A stretch of DNA of 64,000 nt from Polymyxa betae A26-41 (GCA_003693705.1 RBZT01000781.1:1-64000), one strand, 5' to 3'; shown: positions 28,933 to 39,400, counted from the first letter of the stretch. Numbers and translations are program-made. Notes: a model not told the origin generated them from the sequence alone.

Positions 28933-29658
28933 TTAGATGAAGCCTCCATAGCCAGCGCCATACCCTCCAGGATAGCCGCCCAGACCATAACCCCCCATAC
29001 CAAAGCCGCCCAGACCAATGCCACCCAGACCATAGCCGCCCAGACCATAGCCTCTCATACCATAGCCGCCCAGACCAATGCCACCCAGACCATAGCCTCC
29101 CAGACCATAGCCGCCCAGGCCATCGCCTCCAAAACCGGCACCGCCTAACCCACCAATACCAGCTCCTAGAGCACCAAATCCTCCAGGACCACCATATCCT
29201 CCAGCTCCGCCAAGGCCTGCAGCTCCACCAATTCCTCCAGCTCCGCCAAGGCCTCCAGCTCCACCAAGGCCTCCAGCTCCACCAAGACCTCCAGCTCCGG
29301 GAAAGTGATATTTTGTATACAACCCTCGTGGGAAGTTCCAGACTCGTGTTTGAACAATTTGTCCAGGGCCTGATCCTGGACCACCTCCTCCAGGACCTTC
29401 AGCAGGACCTGGTGCAGGTCCTGCTGGACCCCCTCCAATTCCTCCTGCAGCTTGGCCATTTGTACCTGGTCCGGTAGCAGGTGCAGCTGTTATCGCAGGT
29501 GCTGCAGGTGCAGCCGGAGGTGCTGCAGGTGCTGCAGGGGCTGCTGGTGCTGCTGGTGCTTGCAAAGCAACAAAGCGTTTATTGTGATCATGTTCAGCTG
29601 CAGTGATTCCAAGGATAATTGTGATCGCTAACAACACCAACGAAGCTTCTCTCATCAT
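28933..29658 (-). CDS. Secreted Ala/Pro/Gly-rich protein with GLGG[YI] repeats (cluster gene A)
   Basis: Signal peptide, HDHNKRFVALQ, (APA)n, GGAGGL and GLGGY repeats; intronless, 241 aa. Confidence 0.85.
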   Translation of the reverse strand: MMREASLVLLAITIILGITAAEHDHNKRFVALQAPAAPAAPAAPAAPPAAPAAPAITAAPATGPGTNGQAAGGIGGGPAGPAPGPAEGPGGGGPGSGPGQIVQTRVWNFPRGLYTKYHFPGAGGLGGAGGLGGAGGLGGAGGIGGAAGLGGAGGYGGPGGFGALGAGIGGLGGAGFGGDGLGGYGLGGYGLGGIGLGGYGMRGYGLGGYGLGGIGLGGFGMGGYGLGGYPGGYGAGYGGFI

Positions 29659-29712
29659 CGTTGATTATGGCTGTGAATTGTTTAGACGACCGAAACGGCC
29701 GCCATTCCATCG

Positions 29713-29724
29713 GTGGTCGGTCGG
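29713..29724 (-). promoter_or_regulatory. Putative shared cis-element CCGACCGACCAC upstream of cluster gene A
   Basis: Identical 12-mer at 31150-31161 upstream of gene C; related GGTCGGATGTCGG at 30545-30557 upstream of gene B; all 52-59 bp from the ATG. Confidence 0.5.
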
Positions 29725-30157
29725 ATAATTCTTTCAAGCGTCTTCACCTTGTCTTGAAAAAACCGATTGAATACCAGGTCCTTTGCTTCGAATTTATTGT
29801 CTTTAACAAATTTGTAATCTTATTTTCGCTGTTTTCTTGAATTCTATTATCCTACGTTTTGTATCACATCATCATACCACACGAAGCGTCATAAAAATAT
29901 CGATGTCCGCCGGCGACATTATTTCTATTGCAAAGACAGAATACATTCGTTGGAAAGTTTGTTTACTACGCCTCGAGCATTGCAAAGTGACAATGCTAAT
30001 ATGGTACTACTTGAAAGGTCATCTCTAGCATCTGATATGCCATATGTTCTACTGAATATTGCACGTAAGCAGTGACAAGTTTAGCAGTAGAGCACTTCGA
30101 CTGATTTCCAAATATTTATGGTGAATGTCTGCTGATTAGATCCCAAAGGCGCCTCTT

Positions 30158-30493
30158 TCAGATCGCGTTATTGAAGGAATCAACGCCTCCATATCCACCG
30201 CCAACGCCTCCATATCCACCGCCAACGCCTCCATATCCACCGCCAACGCCTGTCCCGCCAGTGGCCGTCGTCGTGCCTGTCGTGTAGCCGGTCGTCCCGG
30301 CCCCTGTGAACTCAGTGCCTAGATCGGTTTCCCCCAGGCCAACGTCGCCAACAGCACCTCCTTGTACGGCACCTCCTTGGACGGCACCGTATCCAACTTG
30401 AAGAGCGACGAAATCGTTCCGCTGCAGCGGCTCTAACTCGTTAGCGTAAGCAAGCGCTGCCAGGAGAACGATGACGAGTGCTGAGCCGAACAT
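30158..30493 (-). CDS. Secreted Gly-rich protein (cluster gene B)
   Basis: MFGSALVIVLLAALAYA-NELEPLQRNDFVALQ, then GGAVQ repeats and 3x GGGYGGV. Confidence 0.8.
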   Translation of the reverse strand: MFGSALVIVLLAALAYANELEPLQRNDFVALQVGYGAVQGGAVQGGAVGDVGLGETDLGTEFTGAGTTGYTTGTTTATGGTGVGGGYGGVGGGYGGVGGGYGGVDSFNNAI

Positions 30494-30800
30494 GACGATT
30501 TGTAAATGAATGGAACCGGGCAAGAGCTTGTCGGATACCGACCCGGTCGGATGTCGGCACTTTCTTGTGGCGAGCTATTAACAGGTCAGACTTCTCTTTT
30601 GCTGCAGGTAAACCATATGTTCGACGTTCCGACATAGCTATAACCGACATTCTATTCTGTCATTTGGGGGGATTACACGCTTGCATCCAGCGATGTCAAT
30701 TATCCAATGCTTCTAAGTAACCCGCTTCTGTATGCTAGAAAAGTACATTATTGCAGTAATTTATTGACGTCAACCACAACGAGAGCTGCATGATTCATAT

Positions 30801-31091
30801 CTACCAGAATGGATATCCATATCCCCAAGGTCTCCATCCCCATAATCGTCCCCATGGATAGAAGGGATAACCCCAGCCAAATCGTCGAAAACCTAATCCT
30901 GGCCACCATTGTAGGGATTGAAATTCTTTAGCATTTGGCTTGTTAGCTGGGTCGACGTTCGATTCCAGAGGAGCGAACGCTGGCGGGTTTGCTTGAGTAG
31001 CAACTTCAGATGCCTCTAGCGAAGCAAACTGGAAATCATTGGCGTCTGCCAAGGCGGCGACAATGGCGACCAGAATGATCGTCTTCAGCAT
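30801..31091 (-). CDS. Secreted precursor with Trp/Gly/Tyr/Arg-rich C-terminal peptide (cluster gene C)
   Basis: Signal peptide, pro-region with FASLE/FAPLE/FQSLQ, core WWPGLGFRRFGWGYPFYPWGRLWGWRPWGYGYPFW. Confidence 0.85.
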   Translation of the reverse strand: MLKTIILVAIVAALADANDFQFASLEASEVATQANPPAFAPLESNVDPANKPNAKEFQSLQWWPGLGFRRFGWGYPFYPWGRLWGWRPWGYGYPFW

Positions 31092-31483
31092 GATGAATGA
31101 ATTTGGTTCGGGTCGGGCGATGAGCTAGCAACAAGGCCTGGAACCGGACGTGGTCGGTCGGCATGTCGGGGATTTCCCACTATCGTGATCGTCCTGTTGA
31201 ATGTAGAATATTCTCCTCCTTTTTACAGAAAAAAAAATCTGCCTCTTTGTACTCTACACAGCACACTGAAATGATCTCTTTTCTAATGAAACGCGGTCAG
31301 CTTGCTCCTCTTGCAATATTCCATTCGTGCATCATCATCAATCCTTTCGTTGCAGTCTCAATAAAAATCGGTATCTACGTTGGCTCTATAGTCGTAATCA
31401 CAAAAAACCCCTTCATGGGGTCAGATGTTATCTCTATGTTCACAGTCTCATTTTATTCAGTCCAATTGGAGGCAGCTTGATCA

Positions 31484-31897
31484 TTAGTACCAGTAGGGAG
31501 AACCACCCCAACCTCCTCCCCAACCTCCTCCCCATGGATAGAAGCCTCCACCATAGAATCCGCCACCCCAACCCCATGGGCCACCACCCCAATATCGGAA
31601 TCGTCGGTATCTCCAGCCTCCTCCAAAGCCACCACCAAACAGTGGCCATTGTAGAGCCTGGAACTTCTTGTGCTTGTCATCATGTGCGGCGCCCGCTTCC
31701 AATGGAGCGAAATTCGGCGCTTGTTCGTTGGCTTCAAGCGGGCTAAAGTTCGGTGGGTTGGCGTCGACCGGGCTGAAGTTCGGCTGATTGACGTTTGCTT
31801 CCAGCGGCTGGAACTGCTGCTGGTTTGATTGTTGTGTGGCGTCGTTGGCTAGGGCCAGACCCAGCAGGGCGATGGACAACAACACGACGGTCTTCAT
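31484..31897 (-). CDS. Secreted precursor with Trp/Gly/Tyr/Arg-rich C-terminal peptide (cluster gene D)
   Basis: MKTVVLLSIALLGLALA, repeats FQPLE/FSPVD/FSPLE/FAPLE/FQALQ, core WPLFGGGFGGGWRYRRFRYW...PYWY. Confidence 0.85.
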   Translation of the reverse strand: MKTVVLLSIALLGLALANDATQQSNQQQFQPLEANVNQPNFSPVDANPPNFSPLEANEQAPNFAPLEAGAAHDDKHKKFQALQWPLFGGGFGGGWRYRRFRYWGGGPWGWGGGFYGGGFYPWGGGWGGGWGGSPYWY

Positions 31898-32312
31898 CGT
31901 TAAGATCTGAATTCGTGAGTGGCGACCGGATGGCGACACCGACTAAAGTCGTCGTCCGAAGCTCCGATTCGCTTCATTCCGTTGAATGCTCTTGAACTTC
32001 GGTCAATGGTATGATCTCTCCGAAGACTTAATTGTCGTTCTGACGGCAGCAATGGTGTTGAAGCTCGGGCTATGTGGATATGTGGCAGAAGGTGTCCTTT
32101 ACAAAACGAATCTAAAACTGTTTTGTAAAAACTATGATCCGCGAAAGCAATCAGCACCTTTAAATGCCACGAAATGAAATCGCATTCATTTTTAGCAGAC
32201 TTTCGACAAAATCACAAAGCTCGTGACTTGAACAAAATCAGAACAGCATTGTCTCCGAAAATCAACAAAGCCACATGTCATAAAACCAAGATAGGCGATG
32301 GTAAACAGTAGG

Positions 32313-33484
32313 CGGTTTCCTCTTTTAAGCTCGCGAGCTTGCAAACTCGCGCAGCCCATCCGCGCACTTCCAGACTCGCGCACTTCCAAGCTCGTCTACA
32401 TTCGTTTGATTTCATCAAAATACGATCATACAATAGAATCGCAAAAGGTTCCATCTAAAATTGTAAATTCTCCTTACTGCCGAGCGTATGCAGCCATTGA
32501 CGATGTCTGTATAAGAACATCCTCTATCTTCATGGATTCATCAAAGGAATGTCGAAGACTCCCGATTATTCCTGAATATCTGTTTACCTTTCTGCATGAA
32601 AGAATTGACTGCGTCTTTGTCAGTACCGAAAGCCTTTTGTTTTGCTTTAGCTTTCATTCGATAGAATAGGCCAGCATCGAAAGCAACGTTGGGCCACATA
32701 TTTCGAAGAATTCCGACTATTAAAGGCGCAGAATCAAGAATAGAAGATTTCTCGTCAGCGCTTATTTCAGAATCGCGGGTCTTAGATAAGATGCCATCGA
32801 TAACAACCGCTGTTGAAGAATGGCTGTATTTTAGATTTAGACCAAGATAATGGTCTCAACTAACAAAATCGAATGTAAAAGGAACATTAAATGTGCATTT
32901 TTCCTTTCCAGATAGTCTATAAAAGCTACCGCGTTCTACAGCATCGTCTCTATCGAATAACTGCTGTGCTCTTTCACCATCCATCTTGTGGCCTGTTCGT
33001 GCATCCAAGAATCCTTTTTCAACAGCTATGTACTGCATAAATGGGAGCACACAAGTGTCAAAGAGTGAAAATTGTCGAAGTGAAATATCGAGACAGAACA
33101 ATTCGTTAATTTGTCCAAACTTTGATGTACAGCCGATACTTCAATTTGCAGGCCGCAAACATTCTTCGGCGCAGACGAAGCACAATCAACCTCATTCAAA
33201 GGAGATAGCCCGAATGGCCCAGACTTGGTTGCAGCCGTAGATTGTTTCTATACGAGGAAATGGGCCTGTCGGACGCTCTGGTCTGGGATCGGCCCTATTC
33301 TGTCTTGTAATAGAACCAGATTTTTGCCACAGCCATGACAATTTTCGAATCATTATGAAGAAAAAAGAAAACATTTATTGCTGAGATCAACCGAATGTAG
33401 ACGAGCTTGGAAGTGCGCGAATCTGGAAGTGCGCGGAGGGGGCTGCGCGAGTTTGCAAGCTCGCGAGCTTAAAAGAGGAAACCG
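32313..33484. mobile_element. Non-autonomous Mutator-like (MULE) DNA transposon
   Basis: About 105-bp TIRs (32313-~32418 and ~33378-33484, starting CGGTTTCCTCTTTTAAGCTCGCGAGCTT); 9-bp TSD with 1 mismatch, AACAGTAGG (32304-32312) / AACCGTAGG (33485-33493). Confidence 0.9.
32430..33101 (-). pseudogene. Truncated MULE transposase fragment
   Basis: Across stops and a frameshift: CTFNVPF..LNLKYSH (WRKY-GCM1/FAR1-like finger remnant), then SFDESMKIEDVLIQTSSMAAYARQ*GEFTILDGTF, matching the first catalytic Asp (DxT[YF]); it ends next to the left TIR. Confidence 0.7.
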
Positions 33485-33916
33485 AACCGTAGGACATTAC
33501 GCCACGGCGAAAGGTTAGTCCGAAAGGCGGAAAGGTTCCGAAATTGAAAGTAGGAGCTCCTGATCTATACGATTCATATCAGGGGGCTAGTTGCAGAGAA
33601 TCTCTGCCCGGATGTCCAGCAACATCCAATCAAATGCTTCCAGCCTAGGGTTAGGGTTCTGGCAGATTTTTTCAAACCCGTATTCGTATGAAAGCCCCAA
33701 GACCTGGAAGCTGACTGGCATCCGATTGAGGACCTCGGCACATTCTTCCTTCAAGCTTGGGCACAATATCTGTCACAGGCTCGGCTGGCTCGCAATAAGC
33801 CTGAGAAATTCGACTTTGCTTTCTGCAGCTTTTTGAGTAGAAATATGCGCGGACTGCAGAAGACTCTAAACAAGAACATAAAAGTGCTTTATAGAGCCAT
33901 TTTTAAATCAATCGCG

Positions 33917-35094
33917 ATGAGCCAAGCCAGATCGCTGTCTCGTAAATGGAGCCGCGATGAAGATCGGGCCCTGCTAGATATGACCGTTCAAGCCGGCGAA
34001 AACTTATCTTCTCGCTGGGCCATGATCGCCGCGGAGATGGAGGTCCGCTTTCCAGGCAGGCGACTTTACACTCCTAGTAGCGTCAAGCAGCATTATAACG
34101 GGTTGAATTTGGAGGGTAGTGGCGGCCAGTATTGGACCCGACAAGAAAGGCAAACGCTGCTGATTTTATGTCAGGATAATGATGACGCTGTTTGCGATTG
34201 GGTCGATATCGCTGAACAGATGCAGATGATTTTCGATGATAAGAAAAAGTTTACGGTCGAGCTCGTGAGAAGGCGATATCAGGCCTTAACGAAACGCGCT
34301 AACGATGATGAATTGAAAAAAGACGGAAGGCGTCGCTCACTGGAAACTAGCAATCCTCCCAAGAGAAAGCGGTCGGAGTCTCTAATTGAGGCGATTCGTC
34401 CAGCGATCGTTTTGGGCTGTGACGATGGCGAGTTTGTGCCCGTATATGAAGAGTGCGACGCTGGTGTTGAACAAACCGTTAAAACCCTTGCAAAGGATGC
34501 TGATGAACGCACGAATGGCCTGAGGTCTTTAACAGAAAGCAATCGAGCTTCAAATCAAGTAAACGAATTACTGCCGATGGAAATGGTTGTTTACCACGGT
34601 GACGCTACGTTTGACAAGACGCTGCGGTAATCAATGTGCATGAGGCTTCAGCAGAATGTAACGCGCTTTTCAGGATAGCTCATGAATATATTGAGCAGCA
34701 TATGCAAGCGCTGAGGAAAACTATAAAACTAATCGAGACGTGCCCGGATTCGCTAAACGAGGCCATCAGAAACCTGGAAATTGAGGCACTTTCTGATGAT
34801 GAGTGTGATATGATTGTCCAGTGGTCCGTTGCCTGTGATTCGAATAACTCATCGAGATGGCTGGAATACGCTCGGCATTGTGACGTTAACGATCGCCAAC
34901 TTTGGCCGGTCATCGTCCCTCAGTGCACGCTTTACGTGATCCAGTTGATCGCCTCAGGCCGAGTGGCAATTGTACCTGAGAGGGTTCAATCCGATATGGA
35001 TCGGCTTCACATCCGTTTGAGACAGCTCTATTTGAGGAAGCACTCGCCTCTGTATCGCCTTGTGGCGAACCAGGAAGCTGCACTGCCAAGTTGA
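33917..35094 (+). CDS. Myb/SANT-like domain protein (two repeats), 1 intron
   Basis: KWSRDEDRALL..RWAMIAAEM..VKQHY and YWTRQERQTLL..DWVDIAEQM..VRRRY; NLS-like PPKRKR; a GT-AG intron at about 34627-34673 joins the two ORFs. Confidence 0.75.
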
Positions 35095-35298
35095 ATCAAT
35101 CGATTAAATATTTCGCTTCCATCATCTTTTAGCTGTTCAACTGTGCTTATTAATTTTCGACACGTGAGCTTTCTACATTGGCAATTACTTGTAATGTCTT
35201 TATTGTATGTTTCAGTTTATCTGGACTGGAATTTGAGAGTTTGGTTCAAGGAATCATAATTTTTATGTGCCAGTTGGCCCAAAAGGAAACGACTTTCA

Positions 35299-35333
35299 TC
35301 CGAAGCCTTGGCATTTTCCGAAGCCTTGGCATT
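35299..35333. repeat. Tandem duplication, about 18-bp period
   Basis: tccgaagccttggcatt occurs twice adjacently. Confidence 0.8.
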
Positions 35334-35702
35334 GGTAGCCAAGCATGGCATAGTGTCAATCAAGTAATGACCCTCTAAGCCGAAGTTTGCCTGGGGTTGG
35401 TGGTTTTCAGGAAACTTTGGGGACAGCTAGAAAGCAAGGCAGGAACGTGTTGTAGGGAATTATATTGCTTCTTCAATAACAAAATGAACGTTTCAGTTTC
35501 GTCATCACAGCCCGCGATCACGTTCGCCTGTTGAATCACGCCAGGCGTATATGCACATGGCGTTGGAACTACAGAAGACAATACAAGAACTAATTTGTAC
35601 AGAAATATGTCAATTAATTCTGGCTGCATATTGCTTTTGGCCTTGGGAGACTGCGATAGACAAGAAGAAATACTGTGGGATCATGAAGATCAGCATAACT
35701 TC

Positions 35703-36188
35703 TTATTGGTGAAATGAGAATATGAAATATAATTTTTGGAATAAAAAACTCATAAAGGCGGCTAGCTGAACGCTTCCGAACAGGTCAATTCGAAAAATGA
35801 CATTTAACAAATCCGTCCACCGTCTCACTGGATTTTCTTCAGTTGCAACGAGACCCCAGACCCCAGCAACGATGCCCAGTATGAAGACAAAAATCGCGAC
35901 CGAAACAAAAATCCATTGCCATTTCCCAAATTGAACTGTGCTATATTCAGAAGATGAGCAGAGCAGCAGAGCATCTGGATAAATTTGAAAAATGATGGAA
36001 TTTTGATTACCCGGTTTTCGCAATAGTGACTCTAGTGCTCCCAGACGACTTTGGATGCCGCCGATCTTAATGTTGAGAGCGTTGACAGTATCTTGATCAT
36101 GCGCCGTCTCTAGTTGCTTCTCAGCGGCTTCCAACTGGACCTCGAGTCTTCCTATCTTCGTCCGCCAATCCTTTAAGGACGACGACAT
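35703..36188 (-). CDS. Hypothetical protein, N-terminal coiled coil plus TM segments (possibly decaying)
   Basis: 161-aa ATG ORF; heptad-rich N-terminus; hydrophobic WIFVSVAIFVFILGIVAGVW; the same frame continues hydrophobic past the stop. Confidence 0.4.
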   Translation of the reverse strand: MSSSLKDWRTKIGRLEVQLEAAEKQLETAHDQDTVNALNIKIGGIQSRLGALESLLRKPGNQNSIIFQIYPDALLLCSSSEYSTVQFGKWQWIFVSVAIFVFILGIVAGVWGLVATEENPVRRWTDLLNVIFRIDLFGSVQLAAFMSFLFQKLYFIFSFHQ

Positions 36189-37215
36189 TACTACAATAAG
36201 AATGAGGAGACTCCGATAGGGTTAAAAAATACAGCAAATTGTGGCCGCTGCATCATTTGACGCATAGCTACGACGCCACGGTAAAAATGCCATTTAAAAG
36301 ATGGCGTGTTTCCGCTTATGAAAGATCTTCAGATCGATTGAACGCAATAGGCCGTATCGGGTCGATCAATATGACCAGCTAATTAGGCAGCAAATTGATG
36401 GACACTTCGGTCATGGTCACGAAGTATCATCTGACAGTGATGGAATGAAATTAGATAAGAAAAGAAAGAGAAGATTCGCTCGACTTGATTGGTCAGGTGA
36501 TCGGGCCGGTCAATTAAACGCATGTGCGACTGGTGGCTGAGCAAGGTTTGATGCCACATCAAGCTTCGTTCGCTGGTCATGACACGCGCGTGACCCAAAA
36601 GTGAGCAATGTGGCAGTTCGCCGATTCTTACCGTTGTACAACCTTTTTTGTTCATTGAAATCGTCGACGTGTTCGACAAACCCGTATCTCCAACAAGATC
36701 AGGTCAGTTCTCTAGCAGTTTGCGTTTCTCACATTCGCTTATCTTCCATTTCAGCAATTCCGAACAAGATGCCGGAAATGTACCACGAAGGATACAGTCG
36801 CACGCCCAGAACGAAACAGATCTCGGCAAATATCTAGCACGTCTTCTATTATGCTACAGACAGCTGCAGCTGCTTCCACGCGGCAAGCTTCACTGAATCC
36901 TGTCCCAGAGATAAAAAAGAAATAGAATCGATAATGCCACTTGTTAACGCGGTATGGCTTCTGTGTAGTTATTGCAGATCTTGAAAAAAGGGGTCCACAT
37001 TCTGGGCTGACTTGCCTGAAGACAACGCCGTGTTTGAATTCGTTTTTGTGTTGCAGGTCTTGAACGAAGTTCTGGTTGCCCATTCGCCTTGAAGATACAA
37101 TAAGAACTTTCAACTAAAGAAGGCGTGAGGGTTCATCTTCGGGAAGTCATCTTCTCCTGATAAACCAGAAATTGGTTTAGAGCCTTCAAATCCAGAATGG
37201 ATGTGCCGGTGCTCC

Positions 37216-37333
37216 GCACATCAACTTGGTCTGTTCTCAATGGGGAATCAAGTGGATCTAGGAGAACATATCGGGCACATCAAATTGGTCTGTTCTCAAT
37301 GAGGAATCAAGTGGATCTAGGAGAACATATCGG
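37216..37333. repeat. 59-bp tandem duplication (2 copies, 2 mismatches)
   Basis: Units 37216-37274 and 37275-37333. Confidence 0.92.
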
Positions 37334-37613
37334 AAGGACAGAAAGAGCCGCTTTGAAGCCTTGTGGTCCTAACGTGGCATTGTTTGTGGTCCGTTGGGCT
37401 TTAAAATATTCGAAATGCACAAAGCGTACCATAAAAGGCTACAATTGGCAATCCACATCTGCTGTGTAGAAAGCACATAGCGGTTAATGGCCGAAATGAC
37501 TTGATCTTTAGAGTTAGAAAGAATTAACGACCTAGCGTTTGTCAAAACGTTAGGGTTTGGCTCTTAACAGTGATAAAAATTATAAATGATGCTGGCTCGA
37601 CAGAATTGGGATG

Positions 37614-39014
37614 CTAAATTAATTTAATTGATGATAATCCTCGATTTAAAGATGACGGCTTCGGGGCCGGTTCGATCTCGACAACTATCTGGTCAGTTGA
37701 AGCGAGTCTAAGATTAGTGATCGCCAAAGTCGCATCCGACTCGAGGCGTTTCTTGGCGAAATCGATCAACGCGGTGAATCCGTGTTTGCAAGCTACAGCT
37801 GCTAAAACATGACCGGCGATTTGATCTAATGCTGCGCTCAACGGCTCCGTCCAGAATCGGATTGTAATGGACGACTCAAGACGATGGCGAAGAATTTGGG
37901 TTAAGAAACCGGCTTGTATGGGAAGTAGAACACCCGAGTACTCTATTACATGAGACTGAACAAGTCTCGAACCATTGGATGTAGGTGCTTTAGCCGGACC
38001 TGTTGTTATCTATATCGTATCATTGATCACAGACGTATAAGTTAAAAACTTGCTACCTGATTGAAGACGGGTGCCAAACAACGTACGGCAGCATTTACAA
38101 ACGGGACAGGAGAGACTATTATAGGCACGTCTCCTAAATAAGCAGTAAGAAGTCAACAGACTGTCATGTGCAAGCAAGGTTACACACCGAGAAACTTCTT
38201 ATTAATAAAATACTCGAAAAACATATGCAGATTGCGTCTTCCCTCTATATATAAAGCAGATTCTTCGGTCACATCTAGCAGTAATCTCTTGTCGTCATCA
38301 CGAGTCTTTATCAAAGGCATAGAGAACTGCAAGACATGAGCGGAAATAGACATCAAAACGACAGCATTACCTCGATATTATTTGCTGAGAGGTCTTTTCT
38401 AATCTCTGATGTGGACCTTGAAATGGTTACGGTCCCATCAGCAAACAATACTGCAAACTTGGCAGCTATCACATAGATATAATCGGCTACTCCTTGCCTA
38501 AACATGTAATATACCGAATGAAAGGATTGCTCCCAGCGTACTCGGCGCTCATTTTTGGATTCCTCAATCATGGTATCGGGATGGGTCCAAGACATCAAAG
38601 ATGCTCGAAACAAAGCTGCTAAATCATGATCGTTGTGACGCTCAGAAGGCGCTAAGGTTTCGTTTCTGACAAATAACTCCATCGCTCGAGATGTTATTTG
38701 AGAGCCTGTAGTTAAAAACCTGTCACAACCAACACGACAAATTGGGATATGGAGATAAACATACTTTGATCTGTGAGCCAATCAAGCGAATCCGGCGAAC
38801 AAATCCTAACTTTGGTTTTGAGAGTGAAATCGATTGGAATGCAGTTAACTCTAAGAGCACCATCGTCCTCGGGCTGTTGCTGTTGCGACTGCTGAGTCGA
38901 GATGTGAAAAGAGTACGATTTAGACAGCGAGCGCCCAATGGCATCCAGACGTCCAACCGAACCTTGGCCTAAGCGTGCGGAAAACGGTGCCCGCGACGAA
39001 GGCGCCGTCGTCAT
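37614..39014 (-). CDS. DONSON: DONSON (replisome/CMG assembly factor), 4 introns
   Basis: PIDFTLKTKVRICS..LDW, WEQSFHSVYYMFR..YIYV..FAVLF and DVPIIVSPVPFVNA resemble recalled DONSON blocks. Confidence 0.8.
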
Positions 39015-39352
39015 GGTTATTTAGAGCGCGCGCAAAACAAAGATTGTTTGTTTTTGGGAAGTCTCATTTTCAATCTTGTCGCTTTTTCAGTCAAGCCTCC
39101 GTCTGAAGCGTCCAATCTGGACAGATCGCCAAATATCGGAAAAAAATTCCTTGCAAATACTGGGGATTAGGAAGGAACCCGAAATAGGATTCACCTAAGT
39201 AAATCAGGACACAAAGAGTTTATAGACTTCAGGATCATTGCCTAGCTTGCTAAGAATCTGCCCGCTATCAGTAGCAGTTTCTCAGCACGTAAGCCTCATA
39301 GTTCGCTTCTGGGGTGCTAAGGAGCCAGTGCTGCTATGAGTAGACCGCCACC

Positions 39353-39400
39353 GAATCCGACGTCTGAAGCCAGCCAGCGAATCCGAGGTCTGAAGCCAGC
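39353..39400. repeat. Short direct repeat in the DONSON/dolichol kinase divergent intergenic region
   Basis: GAATCCGA[C/G]GTCTGAAGCCAGC occurs twice. Confidence 0.65.

Noticed and set aside
28921-29148. Plus-strand ORF with TIAAQ repeats
   Set aside because: Antisense shadow of the GLGGY repeats of gene A; no ATG start.
33645-33658. Telomere-like TTAGGG repeats (also near 37550 and 62531)
   Set aside because: At most two units each; compatible with chance or a telobox-like motif, not a telomere.
33917-35094. Myb/SANT gene as the accessory ORF of a Harbinger transposon
   Set aside because: It lies outside the adjacent TIRs, and that element has a 9-bp TSD and a MULE-type transposase; no Harbinger transposase seen.
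37216-37333. CRISPR-like repeat
   Set aside because: Two adjacent copies with no spacer, eukaryotic context and no cas genes.
39099-39108. Near match to the Neisseria DNA uptake sequence (CCGTCTGAA)
   Set aside because: Eukaryotic genome and an isolated imperfect match; coincidental.
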